A stretch of DNA of 64,000 bases. It comes from Clostridiales bacterium (GTDB lineage Bacteria; Bacillota; Clostridia; Lachnospirales; Lachnospiraceae). A program made the translations under genes and the position numbers. Every line of letters starts with the position of its first letter. Positions within the stretch are counted from its first letter, which is position 1. Shown here one piece after another: positions 1 through 10,116 of this stretch. The notes under the pieces were generated by a model. That model made no database searches. It was given only the letters and a program-made list of their open reading frames with translations, and was not told the origin of the DNA. The stretch is from assembly GCA_012839295.1 (NCBI GenBank), contig DUNO01000019.1:52682-116681 (forward strand), read 5' to 3'.

Positions 1-1416
1 TCAACGGGCAGCATAGTGACCAGGCTCACGACGGATATATCCAATGTCCAGATGGCATACCAGATGATCATACGGATGGCATTTAGGGCTCCGGTTTTAA
101 TCATCCTGTCCATGGCAATGTCCTTTAGCATTAATGCCAAGGTAGCATTAATCTTTGTGGCGGTAGTGCCATTTATGGCTCTTGGACTCTACGTGATGAT
201 CAAGCATGCCCATCCTATTTTTGAGAAGGTATTTGATACCTACGATTATTTGAATAACATGGTACAGGAAAACCTTCATGGGATCCGTGTGGTAAAATCC
301 TATGTAAGGGAGGCTTATGAGGTTAAGAAGTTCGAGAAAATATCAAACCAGATCTATAAGGACTATTCAAAGGCAGAGAAAATACTCGCCTTTAACGGAC
401 CCATTATGCAGTCCTCCGTGTATATCTGCATTCTGCTAATTTCCTGGATCTCTGCAAAATTAATTGTATCCTCTACGATGACGACAGGACAGTTAATGAG
501 TATCATCGCTTACACCATGCAGATCCTCATGAGCCTTATGATGCTGTCCATGGTATTTGTAATGATCATTATTTCAAGAACCTCAGCGGAAAGAATTGCT
601 GAGATACTGGATGAAGAGAGTGACTTACATAACTGTGACAATCCGGTATATGAGGTAAAGGACGGCTCCGTAGTCTTTGAAAATGTGAGCTTCAGCTATA
701 GCAAGGATAAGAATAAAATCTGCCTGGCAAATATCAACCTGGATGTTAAATCAGGAGAGACGGTGGGTATCATCGGTGGAACCGGAAGCTCCAAAACAAC
801 CCTGGTCCAGCTGATTCCCAGGCTTTATGATGTGACCCAGGGCAGCTTAAAGGTGGGTGGCGTGGAGGTCAGGGATTATGACCTTCAGACCCTGCGTAAT
901 GAAGTTGCCATGGTACTGCAAAAGAATGTGTTGTTTTCCGGTACCATTAAGGAGAACCTGCGCTGGGGCTGTGAGGATGCTACCGATGAGGAGTTAATCC
1001 GTGTCTGTAAACTGGCACAGGCAGATGAGTTCATACAGGGCTTCCCGGATAAATATGACACCCATATTGAGCAGGGCGGCTCCAACGTATCCGGCGGACA
1101 GAAGCAGCGTCTCTGTATTGCCAGGGCCCTGCTTAAGAAACCGAAGATATTGATCCTGGACGATTCAACGAGCGCGGTGGATACAAGGACCGATGCCCTG
1201 ATCCGGAAGGCCTTCCGTGAAGAGATCCCCAATACCACAAAGTTTATCATAGCACAGCGTATTTCCTCCATCCAGGATGCTGATAAAATCGTAGTATTGG
1301 AGGGCGGTTATGTTAACGCGGTCGGCACCCATGAGGAGCTGATGAGAAGCAATTCCATTTATCAGGAAGTATATTATTCACAGCAGAAGGGAGGGGATAA
1401 TAATGGCGCGGAATAA
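1..1416 (+). CDS. ABC exporter permease/ATP-binding subunit (degenerate-site half of a heterodimeric type IV exporter); 5' end lies outside the window
   Basis: Frame is open from base 1. TM helices are followed by an NBD with atypical Walker A GGTGSSKT, signature VSGGQKQR, Walker B ILILDD (no catalytic Glu) and Q at the switch (IIAQR), the TM287-like pattern. Confidence 0.9.
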   Translation, partial: STGSIVTRLTTDISNVQMAYQMIIRMAFRAPVLIILSMAMSFSINAKVALIFVAVVPFMALGLYVMIKHAHPIFEKVFDTYDYLNNMVQENLHGIRVVKSYVREAYEVKKFEKISNQIYKDYSKAEKILAFNGPIMQSSVYICILLISWISAKLIVSSTMTTGQLMSIIAYTMQILMSLMMLSMVFVMIIISRTSAERIAEILDEESDLHNCDNPVYEVKDGSVVFENVSFSYSKDKNKICLANINLDVKSGETVGIIGGTGSSKTTLVQLIPRLYDVTQGSLKVGGVEVRDYDLQTLRNEVAMVLQKNVLFSGTIKENLRWGCEDATDEELIRVCKLAQADEFIQGFPDKYDTHIEQGGSNVSGGQKQRLCIARALLKKPKILILDDSTSAVDTRTDALIRKAFREEIPNTTKFIIAQRISSIQDADKIVVLEGGYVNAVGTHEELMRSNSIYQEVYYSQQKGGDNNGAE

Positions 1417-3301
1417 CCCGGAACAGAAAAAAAGGCCAAGGGGACCGCAGAATGTGGGGAAAACTGTAAAGCGTCTGTTATCCTATGTGACCCAGAGGTA
1501 TAAGCTGAGGCTGGTGTTTGTTATCCTATGCATTTTCCTGAGTGCATTAGCGGGAGTAATCGGCTCCCTGTTCTTAAAGACTCTGATTGACGATTATATT
1601 GAACCCCTGTCCAAGATGGAGAATCCCGTCTTTACCGGGCTGTTACATGCAATCCTGGGTATGGGTGGCATTTATCTGGCAGGAGTTATTGCGAGTTGGG
1701 CCTATAATATCTTAATGGTAGTCATTGCCCAGGGAGTCCAGAAGAAGATCCGCGATGAGCTCTTTGCCCATATGCAGTCCCTGCCGATTAAATATTTTGA
1801 TACCCATAACCATGGGGACATTATGAGCCACTATACCAATGATATTGATACCCTGCGTCAGATGATCTCACAGAGCTTGCCGCAGATGTTTTCCTCCGTG
1901 ATAACCGTGGTGACAGTATTCTTTGCCATGCTTGCGACAAGCCTCCACCTCACGGCTTTTGTATTGGTGTTTGTTGGGTTTATGATGGTCGTGACGAAGC
2001 AGATCGGCGGAAAAAGTGCTACATTTTTTATCAAGCAGCAGGTATCCCTTGGTACCCTCAACGGCTATATTGAGGAAATGATCAATGGGCAGAAGGTAGT
2101 CAAGGTATTCTGCCATGAGGAGCAGGCGAAGAAGGACTTTGACCGGTTGAATGAGGATCTGAGGTTAAATGCAACAAGCGCGAACCGTTATGCCAACATC
2201 TTCATGCCGATTATGGGTAACCTGGGCAATACCCAGTATGCCTGTATTGCAATCTTAGGAGGAGCGATGGCCATCAGCGGCATCGGCGGCCTGACCCTGG
2301 GCGCAATCGCCAGCTTCCTCCAGCTAAGCAGGAGCTTTACCATGCCGATTAACCAGGTATCCCAGCAGATTAACTCTGTCGCCATGGCTTTGGCCGGTGC
2401 GGAGCGTATCTTTAAGCTCATGGACGAGGAGCCGGAATATGATGAGGGCTATGTAACCCTGGTCAATGCAAAGGAAGAGAATGGTACGCTGGTTGAAACA
2501 GAAGAGACGACAGGTATCTGGGCCTGGAAGCATCCCCATAAGGATGGCACCCTGACCTATACAAAGCTGGAGGGCGACGTAAGGTTCTATGATGTGGACT
2601 TCGGATATGTGGAAGGAAAGACAGTCCTGCACGATGTATCCCTCTATGCGGAGCCCGGGCATAAAATAGCCTTTGTCGGTGCAACCGGCGCAGGTAAAAC
2701 AACCATTACAAACCTGATCAACCGTTTTTATGATATTGCCGATGGCAAGATCCGCTATGACGGCATTAATATTAATAAAATTAAAAAGAGTGACCTAAGA
2801 AGATCCCTGGGGATTGTACTCCAGGATACGAACCTGTTTACCGGAACGGTAATGGAGAATATCCGCTATGGTAAGCTGGACGCCACGGAGGAGGAAGTGA
2901 TCCGGGCAGCAAGGCTTGCCAATGCCCATGATTTCATTATGAGGCTGCCAAATGGTTATGAGACGAAGCTTACGGGGGATGGTGCTAACCTCTCCCAGGG
3001 TCAGAGACAGCTGTTGTCCATAGCAAGGGCTGCCGTAGCCAACCCTCCCGTAATGATCCTGGATGAAGCGACCTCCAGCATCGATACCAGGACGGAGGCC
3101 ATTGTCCAGAAGGGCATGGACAGCTTAATGCATGGACGTACCGTCTTTGTCATAGCCCACCGCCTCTCCACGGTCCAGAATTCCAACGCCATCATGGTTC
3201 TTGAGCAAGGAAGGATTATTGAGAAAGGAAACCATGAGAGGCTGATCCAGGAGCGGGGGAAGTATTACCAGTTGTATACTGGGGCGTTTGAGTTGGAGTA
3301 G
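1403..3301 (+). CDS. ABC exporter permease/ATP-binding subunit (consensus-site partner)
   Basis: Overlaps the previous stop. Walker A GATGAGKT, signature LSQGQRQ, Walker B ILDE, switch IAHR. Confidence 0.92.
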   Translation: MARNNPEQKKRPRGPQNVGKTVKRLLSYVTQRYKLRLVFVILCIFLSALAGVIGSLFLKTLIDDYIEPLSKMENPVFTGLLHAILGMGGIYLAGVIASWAYNILMVVIAQGVQKKIRDELFAHMQSLPIKYFDTHNHGDIMSHYTNDIDTLRQMISQSLPQMFSSVITVVTVFFAMLATSLHLTAFVLVFVGFMMVVTKQIGGKSATFFIKQQVSLGTLNGYIEEMINGQKVVKVFCHEEQAKKDFDRLNEDLRLNATSANRYANIFMPIMGNLGNTQYACIAILGGAMAISGIGGLTLGAIASFLQLSRSFTMPINQVSQQINSVAMALAGAERIFKLMDEEPEYDEGYVTLVNAKEENGTLVETEETTGIWAWKHPHKDGTLTYTKLEGDVRFYDVDFGYVEGKTVLHDVSLYAEPGHKIAFVGATGAGKTTITNLINRFYDIADGKIRYDGININKIKKSDLRRSLGIVLQDTNLFTGTVMENIRYGKLDATEEEVIRAARLANAHDFIMRLPNGYETKLTGDGANLSQGQRQLLSIARAAVANPPVMILDEATSSIDTRTEAIVQKGMDSLMHGRTVFVIAHRLSTVQNSNAIMVLEQGRIIEKGNHERLIQERGKYYQLYTGAFELE

Positions 3302-3306
3302 CATAA

Positions 3307-3977
3307 AGTGGTGGCGGCTATAATAATGGATTTCCGGAGGTACCATCATTAAAGGAAGCTGAAGAGAAGGGGAAAGAATTCATTGATTTTTGCGGGATTC
3401 GCAATTATGAGGAACTGATGGATTATCCGGCCGGCAAAATGAAAAAACATGTACAGGAATTTGGAGCTTACTATTTAAATAAATACGGTATTAACAATTT
3501 ACCCTTTTCACCTAATGTAGATGGTTATATGATTCAATATAATAATGCATATATTCTTAAATATGGCTTTATTAAAGATATTCCGGTGTTATTAGGGTCA
3601 AATAAGGATGATATATTTGTAACAAATGAAAAATATTCTGAAATTGAAAAGGGATCGCTTTATCATGGTTGTATTAACTGGGCTAACTTGGCACAGGGAA
3701 GAATAATCATACAGCTCCGTATATCTACTATTTTACCAGAGATTTACCCGGAGATCAAAATGGTGCGTTTCATTCTGCAGAGTTATGGTATATATTTGGA
3801 ACATTAGAACGTTGTTGGAGACCTTTTATAGAGCAGGATTATGAATTATCGAGTACTATGATACAATACTGGTGCAATTTTATTAAGTCTGGAGATCCAA
3901 ATGGAAAAGGATTAGAACATTGGCCGGCATATACTAAAAGTAAAAAATTTATAAAGACATTTGATGTATTACATTAA
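3307..3977 (+). pseudogene. C-terminal remnant of a type-B carboxylesterase, 5'-truncated and frameshifted
   Basis: Frame 1 from 3307 reads SGGGYNN...FSPNVDGY...IPVLLGSNKDD. After a shift near 3697-3700, frame 3 reads YIYYFTRDLPGDQNGAFHSAELWYIFG...YWCNFIKSGDPNG...HWPAY to TAA at 3975-3977. The GxSxG nucleophile half is absent. Confidence 0.85.
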
Positions 3978-4090
3978 TATAACAAAACAGCTTGCTATTA
4001 AAATGATCATAGAAAATATTGAGAGGAGAGCAAGATTTTATTGAGTTATGAGTAAGATTATCGATGTGATAATCTTACTCAAGTCTAGAG

Positions 4091-5137
4091 TTATTTTTGG
4101 TATTTTTTTCGATAATCTGCTGGAGTCATACCAACATTGTTTCTGAAAACCTTATAAAAGAATCCTTTATTATGATATCCAACGGACTCCATAATATCAT
4201 CTATACTTACATTACTTTTTGTCAAAAGCGACTTTGCAATATTTACACGGATAGCTATTAAGTAATCAGAATATGACATACCGGTAAATCGATGTATCAG
4301 TTTGTTAAAGTAGTTGCTTTGATAGTGGAATTGTGTAGTCAGATCTTTCATCTGAATATCCGCAAAATTTGCCTTCATATAAGAATCTACTTCCTGGAAT
4401 AAATAGGCATCGAATTTTTTATGAGTATCTTTATTAAAGGTATAGGAATAGCTGTTTACCATATAATCAAGAAGGCGAACTAAATATCCCTTAATCATAT
4501 AAAGGTTGCCAACCTTTTTTGATTTACATTCCATAAGGATATCAGAGATATATTGGCACACAGTAGCATTCTCGTTGGTATCTGCAGATGGTGTAAATTT
4601 TAAAAATTTTTGAAGGGTATGTTCTTGCTGAAGACAGTGACGTAAGAAACCCTGAAGAGAGTTTTCGGGTACACTTGACAGCAGGACCTCGTCAAAAAGC
4701 TTATTATTAATGCAGATATTTATAACAACTGCATTGGACTGTGACATTACTTCTCTATGGTATGAAGTGGGATGAATCATATATAATTCATTTTCATTAA
4801 AAGTATAAAACTGGTGGTCGAGTTCTATCATAAGACTACCCTGAAGGATATAGGTAATTTGAATATAGTCATTATAGTGAAAGGGTATTTCTGAATCTTT
4901 AAGCATTATATGGTATTCCGGGGAAGAAGAGATAATATAAGCTTTCATATATTCAGAATGGCGATATTCCTGAATGCCAATTTGCAGTTCGGTATCAAGG
5001 ACATGATAGAGTAATTGCCCCTGGCGATTTTCTGAATGTATACCCCACGTGTATTTGTCATTTGTAAGCTCTTTATAAGTCGTGGAAAGATATTCTTTAT
5101 TGTATTCATTATTTTGTATCTCTTGAAAGAAACTCAT
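4091..5137 (-). CDS. AraC/XylS-family transcriptional regulator (cupin-like sensor plus double HTH)
   Basis: HYNDYIQITYILQG cupin-like segment; C-terminal SYSDYLIAIRVNIAKSLL...VGYHNKGFFYKVFRNNVGMTPADYRK. Confidence 0.92.
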   Translation of the reverse strand: MSFFQEIQNNEYNKEYLSTTYKELTNDKYTWGIHSENRQGQLLYHVLDTELQIGIQEYRHSEYMKAYIISSSPEYHIMLKDSEIPFHYNDYIQITYILQGSLMIELDHQFYTFNENELYMIHPTSYHREVMSQSNAVVINICINNKLFDEVLLSSVPENSLQGFLRHCLQQEHTLQKFLKFTPSADTNENATVCQYISDILMECKSKKVGNLYMIKGYLVRLLDYMVNSYSYTFNKDTHKKFDAYLFQEVDSYMKANFADIQMKDLTTQFHYQSNYFNKLIHRFTGMSYSDYLIAIRVNIAKSLLTKSNVSIDDIMESVGYHNKGFFYKVFRNNVGMTPADYRKKYQK

Positions 5138-5156
5138 AATTCATAACCCTTTCTTG

Positions 5157-5963
5157 TTAATAATCAACAAATATAATTTCAATACCTGCAGAACGAAGCT
5201 CATTTATAGCATTAAGATCTGCATCTTTATCGGTAACCAAATAGTTTATGTCTTTAATTTCACCGCTGTAAAACTTATGGACAGCTCCTACCTTTGTGCT
5301 ATCAGCAACAACAAATACAGAGCCTTGACAACGCTCCATCATTGCATGGTTAATGATTGTCTCATTTAAGATGGAGGTGGTAATGCCGCCATGGACACTG
5401 ATGCCAGAAACACCAATAATACACTTGCTACATTTAATATGCTTTATAGTATCAAGGCAAAATTGACCTGTGATAGAGCTTTTGTTTTTGTTCAATTCGC
5501 CGCCGGTTAATATTAGAGAGATATCCGGATTTCTAGGTTCAAGAACACTGTTACCGTTGTTGGTGATAATAGTTACGTTAAAAGCCGAGATATATCGGAT
5601 TATTCTGCTGGCTGTACTGCTGGAATTAAGAAATATGGTATCGCCTGATTCGACGAATCTAGCCATCTTACGAGCTATAGCATTCTTTTTCATTTCAGGT
5701 TGGGACAATGAGATATTACGATTATGGAGAATAGGAGGGATATTATCTTTTCTGTCCGATATCTCCGCACCTCCAAAGTATCTTCTCAGATGGCCTTCTT
5801 GCTCCAGATATTCTAAATCACGCCTAATGGTGGTAAGTGAGACATTTAAAAGCTTTGATAATTCAGTAACGCTGCAGCTTCTATTATGTATTACTTTTTG
5901 TAAAATTCGCTCTCTTCTCATTATAATTTCAGTTTCAGCTGTTTTCATATTGGCATTCTCCAT
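5157..5963 (-). CDS. DeoR/GlpR-family transcriptional regulator (paralog 1)
   Basis: HTH VSLTTIRRDLEYLEQEG..RRYFGGA; DeoRC domain DTIFLNSSST, LTGGE, VVADSTK. Confidence 0.92.
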   Translation of the reverse strand: MENANMKTAETEIIMRRERILQKVIHNRSCSVTELSKLLNVSLTTIRRDLEYLEQEGHLRRYFGGAEISDRKDNIPPILHNRNISLSQPEMKKNAIARKMARFVESGDTIFLNSSSTASRIIRYISAFNVTIITNNGNSVLEPRNPDISLILTGGELNKNKSSITGQFCLDTIKHIKCSKCIIGVSGISVHGGITTSILNETIINHAMMERCQGSVFVVADSTKVGAVHKFYSGEIKDINYLVTDKDADLNAINELRSAGIEIIFVDY

Positions 5964-6225
5964 TTTAAGTCAACGCAGTCAAATGATTTATATACTATTT
6001 ATAAGCTGATTCTATAGAATAATCATAAAACAGTCAATATAATTACGTTTATAGGATTGGAAAGGTAACTTTTATATAAAAAACAAATGAAATAGAGTAC
6101 ATATGCGAAGAATATAAATAATACAGAGATCAGCAGTGAAAACCAGATGATGACTAAGGCGGTAATGAAAACTTTTGCTTTTATAATAAATGATCATATT
6201 GCGAGCATAAAAAACTAAAAAGCCC

Positions 6226-6246
6226 TAAAAAGAACGATAAGGTAAC
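6226..6246 (+). promoter_or_regulatory. 21-bp box TAAAAAGAACGATAAGGTAAC upstream of the solute-binding protein gene (probable regulator site)
   Basis: Exact copy at 9057-9077, in the equivalent position of the second DeoR intergenic region. Confidence 0.55.
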
Positions 6247-6350
6247 AGTATGAACTTAGCTGGATTGATTACGTAATAGTAAAATAAAATATACACTGAT
6301 ACAATAATCATATCTTAAATAAGAGAAATAATTTAACTGGGAGGAAAAGA

Positions 6351-7889
6351 ATGAAGAAAAAAATTATTAGTATCTTACTGATGGCATCTATGGGACTGAT
6401 GTTAATGACTGGATGTTCAAACAATACGAGCAAGACAGAGGCTGATAATGCAGGTAAAACAGAAACTGGGAATTCGGGTGAAATGAAAGCGACGACAGCA
6501 CCGGCAGAGGAAGACATACCAAATATTGTTGTGGGCTTCTCTTACTTGGAAGTACCTACAGATTTAGCGAAAGTAGAGGCGGCAATTAATGAAATTACAA
6601 AAGAAAAGATCGGTTGTACCGTGACACTGAACGCTTACACTTACGGAACGGTTTCCCAACAAACACAGTTGGCTTTATCAACTCCAACGGAACAATTGGA
6701 TGCTTTAATGACAAGACTTTATGGAGTTGGTATTGGTGGCTTTGTATCAAAAGGCCAATTAAATCCACTGGATGACCTTTTGGAGCAGTATGGACAAGGT
6801 ATCGTAGATGCAGTTGGCTCTGATGTCTTGGATTCTAACAGGGTTAATGGAACGCTATATAGCATCACGCCGACTGGGGAAGGGGCTTCGCAATATTGTT
6901 TAATGGTTCGTAAAGACATTTTGGATGCAGTTGGATATGGTGATGTTACACAGGTTAATGATTATTCTGAACTTACTGATGTTTTTGATGCAATTAAAAA
7001 AACATACCCTGATTTGTATACAGTGGCTTCAGGTGCGGTGCAATCGCCATATACAATCAATTTACCTTTGAATATAGATCGCCTAGGTGATAAATTGGGT
7101 GTATTAGAAGATATCAATGAACCGACGGTTAGTAATTACTATAGATCTGACGCGTACAAGCAGATCTGCAAACTGGGCCGTGAATGGAATGAAGCAGGCT
7201 ATGTATATCCAGACATTCTTACAGATACCAGTAATTCAGGTGTTGCTCTAATGAAGCAAGGGCTCATGGCATCTTATTTTACGGTATATAAACCGGGAGC
7301 TGAATCAGAAGCTAAGGTTAGCACTGGTCATGAGGTTACAGCTATTAAGATTGGAGATGCACAAGCTATCGCGGGTCTTTCATGGCAGTGGACGATCCCT
7401 ACGAACTCTGTATATCCTGATAAAGCAATGCAATTCCTTAACCTGCTCTATACAGATGCCGACTTAGTTAATTTGATAAGCTTTGGTATTGAAGGAGACC
7501 ATTATAAGCTGGATGAAAATGGACAGGTAGTTTCCAGTGATAATACAGCGGGTTATGCTGATCAGAAACAATGGGAAACTGGAAATTATTTTCTGGCTCA
7601 CACTTTTGCAACACAGCCGATTGATTTGCATGATCAGATGAAAGCATGGAATGCTTCTGCAAAGAAGTCGATAGCTTGTGGCTTTTCATTTGATTCTACT
7701 GAAGTGTCGGCAGAATATACTGCAATTCAGTCGGTTATATCAGAATATGACACAGCGCTTCAATGGGGATTTGTTAAGGACATAGATTCTAAAATTGAGG
7801 AATTTAATAAAGCTCTACATGATGCGGGTTTACAGAAATATATGGATGCTAAGCAACAAGCCCTGAATGAATGGCTGGAAGCAAAATAG
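6351..7889 (+). CDS. Sugar ABC transporter substrate-binding lipoprotein
   Basis: RBS GGAGG; lipobox LMTGC; NTPTNSVYPDKAMQFLNLLY-type segment (WTIPTNSVYPDKAMQFLNLLY) and C-terminal GLQKYMDAKQQALNEWL typical of LplA/DUF3502-type binding proteins. Confidence 0.9.
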   Translation: MKKKIISILLMASMGLMLMTGCSNNTSKTEADNAGKTETGNSGEMKATTAPAEEDIPNIVVGFSYLEVPTDLAKVEAAINEITKEKIGCTVTLNAYTYGTVSQQTQLALSTPTEQLDALMTRLYGVGIGGFVSKGQLNPLDDLLEQYGQGIVDAVGSDVLDSNRVNGTLYSITPTGEGASQYCLMVRKDILDAVGYGDVTQVNDYSELTDVFDAIKKTYPDLYTVASGAVQSPYTINLPLNIDRLGDKLGVLEDINEPTVSNYYRSDAYKQICKLGREWNEAGYVYPDILTDTSNSGVALMKQGLMASYFTVYKPGAESEAKVSTGHEVTAIKIGDAQAIAGLSWQWTIPTNSVYPDKAMQFLNLLYTDADLVNLISFGIEGDHYKLDENGQVVSSDNTAGYADQKQWETGNYFLAHTFATQPIDLHDQMKAWNASAKKSIACGFSFDSTEVSAEYTAIQSVISEYDTALQWGFVKDIDSKIEEFNKALHDAGLQKYMDAKQQALNEWLEAK

Positions 7890-7913
7890 AATGAAATATT
7901 AGAATAGTGATAT

Positions 7914-7963
7914 GGGGACGTTACTAAATAGCGAATTATGCTACGAAGTGATGTCCCCTTTTT
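7914..7963 (+). terminator. Probable intrinsic terminator after the binding-protein gene
   Basis: GGGGACGTTAC...GTGATGTCCCC stem followed by TTTTT. Confidence 0.55.
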
Positions 7964-8015
7964 ATGAAAAAGAATGTATTACGATTTTAAATATATTGTT
8001 TAACAATGTATTTTG

Positions 8016-8810
8016 TTAATAATTTACTAAAACAGTTTGAATACCATAGGATTGAAGTTGTGAGATAACGGCAGAATCAGCATCGGTATCTGTAATCAGG
8101 TGCGTGATTTCCGAAATTTCACCACTGTAGAATTTATGGACAGCACCTATTTTAGAGCTGTCAGCCACAACGTAGACAGGTCCCTTGCAGCGTTTTATCA
8201 TAGCGTGATTTATGGTGGTTTCATTTAAAACTGCGGTAGTTATTCCGTTTTTTATGCTGATGCCTGATACACCAATAATACATTTATCGCAAGTGACCTT
8301 TTCAATGGTTTCTAAAGAGTATTGTCCTGTGAGGGAGCTTTTATTTGGATTAACCTCCCCACCGGTAAGTATTAAAGTAATACAGGGATCTTTAGGTATA
8401 AATATGCTTTTGCAATTATTGGTTATGACAGTAACGCTTTTATTTTTGATATAGGAATAAATATTGCATGCTGTTGAGCTGGAATTAATAAAAATAGTGT
8501 CACTGTCGGTGATTAATTCGGCCATTTTTCTCGCGATTGCCTCTTTTTTTCTAAGCTCTATTTCCGAATGTGTTCCACTTCCTGTGGGGAGCTGTCCGGG
8601 CATAATATCAGAGACCATTTTTAGTTTAGCACCACCATGATATCTTATTAAAACGCCTTGTTTTTCAAGATGAGCTAAATCGCGCCTTATAGTTATACCT
8701 GATGTTTTAAGTTCCTCTGTCAGCTGAGTGACACTACAGCTGTTATTTTTTTTAATTAGCTCTACTATTTTGTTGCGTCTGGAACGAATGTCGTCTAAGG
8801 CTGTACGCAT
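8016..8810 (-). CDS. DeoR/GlpR-family transcriptional regulator (paralog 2)
   Basis: HTH SGITIRRDLAHLEKQG..RYHGGA. Shares long blocks with paralog 1 (AIARKMA, KCIIGVSGIS, INHAM, GAVHKFYSGEI). Confidence 0.92.
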   Translation of the reverse strand: MRTALDDIRSRRNKIVELIKKNNSCSVTQLTEELKTSGITIRRDLAHLEKQGVLIRYHGGAKLKMVSDIMPGQLPTGSGTHSEIELRKKEAIARKMAELITDSDTIFINSSSTACNIYSYIKNKSVTVITNNCKSIFIPKDPCITLILTGGEVNPNKSSLTGQYSLETIEKVTCDKCIIGVSGISIKNGITTAVLNETTINHAMIKRCKGPVYVVADSSKIGAVHKFYSGEISEITHLITDTDADSAVISQLQSYGIQTVLVNY

Positions 8811-9056
8811 ATGAATCCTCCTTGGCTTATTTGCTGATTAAATAATAATTTGAATACTTACATCATAATAAAATAAAAAAAACAGGTCAATATTATATGA
8901 GCAAGTGGCTATAATAGGTGACGTATAACTATATGATTAGAGAGAATAAGTAACAAAACAGGAAGGAAATTTAGGCGCTTAAATCATATATAAAGGCAAT
9001 ATTGCAAAGGAATACTATAATAATCAAATCCCGATCATAAAAAGTTGAATTAAACT

Positions 9057-9077
9057 TAAAAAGAACGATAAGGTAAC
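9057..9077 (+). promoter_or_regulatory. Second copy of the 21-bp box, upstream of the permease operon
   Basis: Identical to 6226-6246. Confidence 0.55.
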
Positions 9078-9178
9078 TATTTAGATATATAAATGGGGTG
9101 ATTAAGTAATAGATAAGAAACGGATATATTGATATGATAATATCAAACTTAAGAACATCAGTAAGTAGGAGGGAAAGT

Positions 9179-10105
9179 ATGTTAAACAGGATTAGGGTCA
9201 ATAAAAAGGGGATTTATAAGTACAGATGGTTGTATGTTATGATGATACCCAGTTTGATTTATATGATCATTAATAATTATGTTCCAATGGCAGGCTTGGT
9301 TATGGCATTCAAAAAGATTAATTTCTCAGTTGGGATATGGAAAAGTCCATGGGCAGGATTTGATAATTTTAGATATTTGTTTGCAACATCTGATGCATGG
9401 ATCATTACAAGAAATACGATCAGTTATAATCTGGCCTTTATTGTGCTGGGTAATACATTAGCCGTTTTAACGGCAATGGCACTGGCGGAAGTAAAGAGTA
9501 AAAAAGGGAGAGCGTTCTTTCAGGGATCTATTTTAATACCATATATAATCTCTTACGTTGTTGTTAGTTATCTAGTATATGCATTTTTAAGTACTAATGG
9601 TTTTTTTAATAAAACATTGCTTCCGCTGTTGGGCTTAGAGCCTACCAATTGGTATTTAGAAACCATATATTGGCCGTTTATACTGGTGATTGTATTTCTT
9701 TGGAAAGGTATTGGATACAGTAGTGTTATCTATCTTTCCTCCATTCTTGGAATTGATGGAAGCTTGTATGAAGCGGCAGCGCTTGATGGTGCAAATGCCT
9801 TCCAAAGAGCGAAATTGATAACAATTCCGTTGTTAAAGCCAACCATTATCACTTTGGTTATGCTTCAGATAGGAAGAATTTTTTATTCAGACTTTGGCTT
9901 ATTCTATCAGGTTCCCCAAAACTCAGGACAACTCCTCAAAGCCACTAATGTTATTGATACATATGTTTATCGTGGTTTATTGCAACTGGGAGATGTGAGT
10001 ATGTCGGCAGCTGCAGGATTTTATCAGGCAATTGTAGGTTTTGTGATTGTATTGGGAGCCAACCTTTTAGTTAAAAAATTTAGCCCAGATGATGCGCTAT
10101 TCTAG
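9179..10105 (+). CDS. Sugar ABC transporter permease (LplB-like)
   Basis: Start chosen at ATG 9179 after AGGAGGG. EAA loop SLYEAAALDGA; FYSDFGLFY; NVIDTYVYR. Confidence 0.92.
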   Translation: MLNRIRVNKKGIYKYRWLYVMMIPSLIYMIINNYVPMAGLVMAFKKINFSVGIWKSPWAGFDNFRYLFATSDAWIITRNTISYNLAFIVLGNTLAVLTAMALAEVKSKKGRAFFQGSILIPYIISYVVVSYLVYAFLSTNGFFNKTLLPLLGLEPTNWYLETIYWPFILVIVFLWKGIGYSSVIYLSSILGIDGSLYEAAALDGANAFQRAKLITIPLLKPTIITLVMLQIGRIFYSDFGLFYQVPQNSGQLLKATNVIDTYVYRGLLQLGDVSMSAAAGFYQAIVGFVIVLGANLLVKKFSPDDALF

Positions 10106-10116
10106 GAGAAGAGAAG

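Noticed and set aside
3418-3807. 129-aa ORF as an intact small protein
   Set aside because: It is the middle part of a truncated, frameshifted carboxylesterase; its last 30 or so residues are out of frame.
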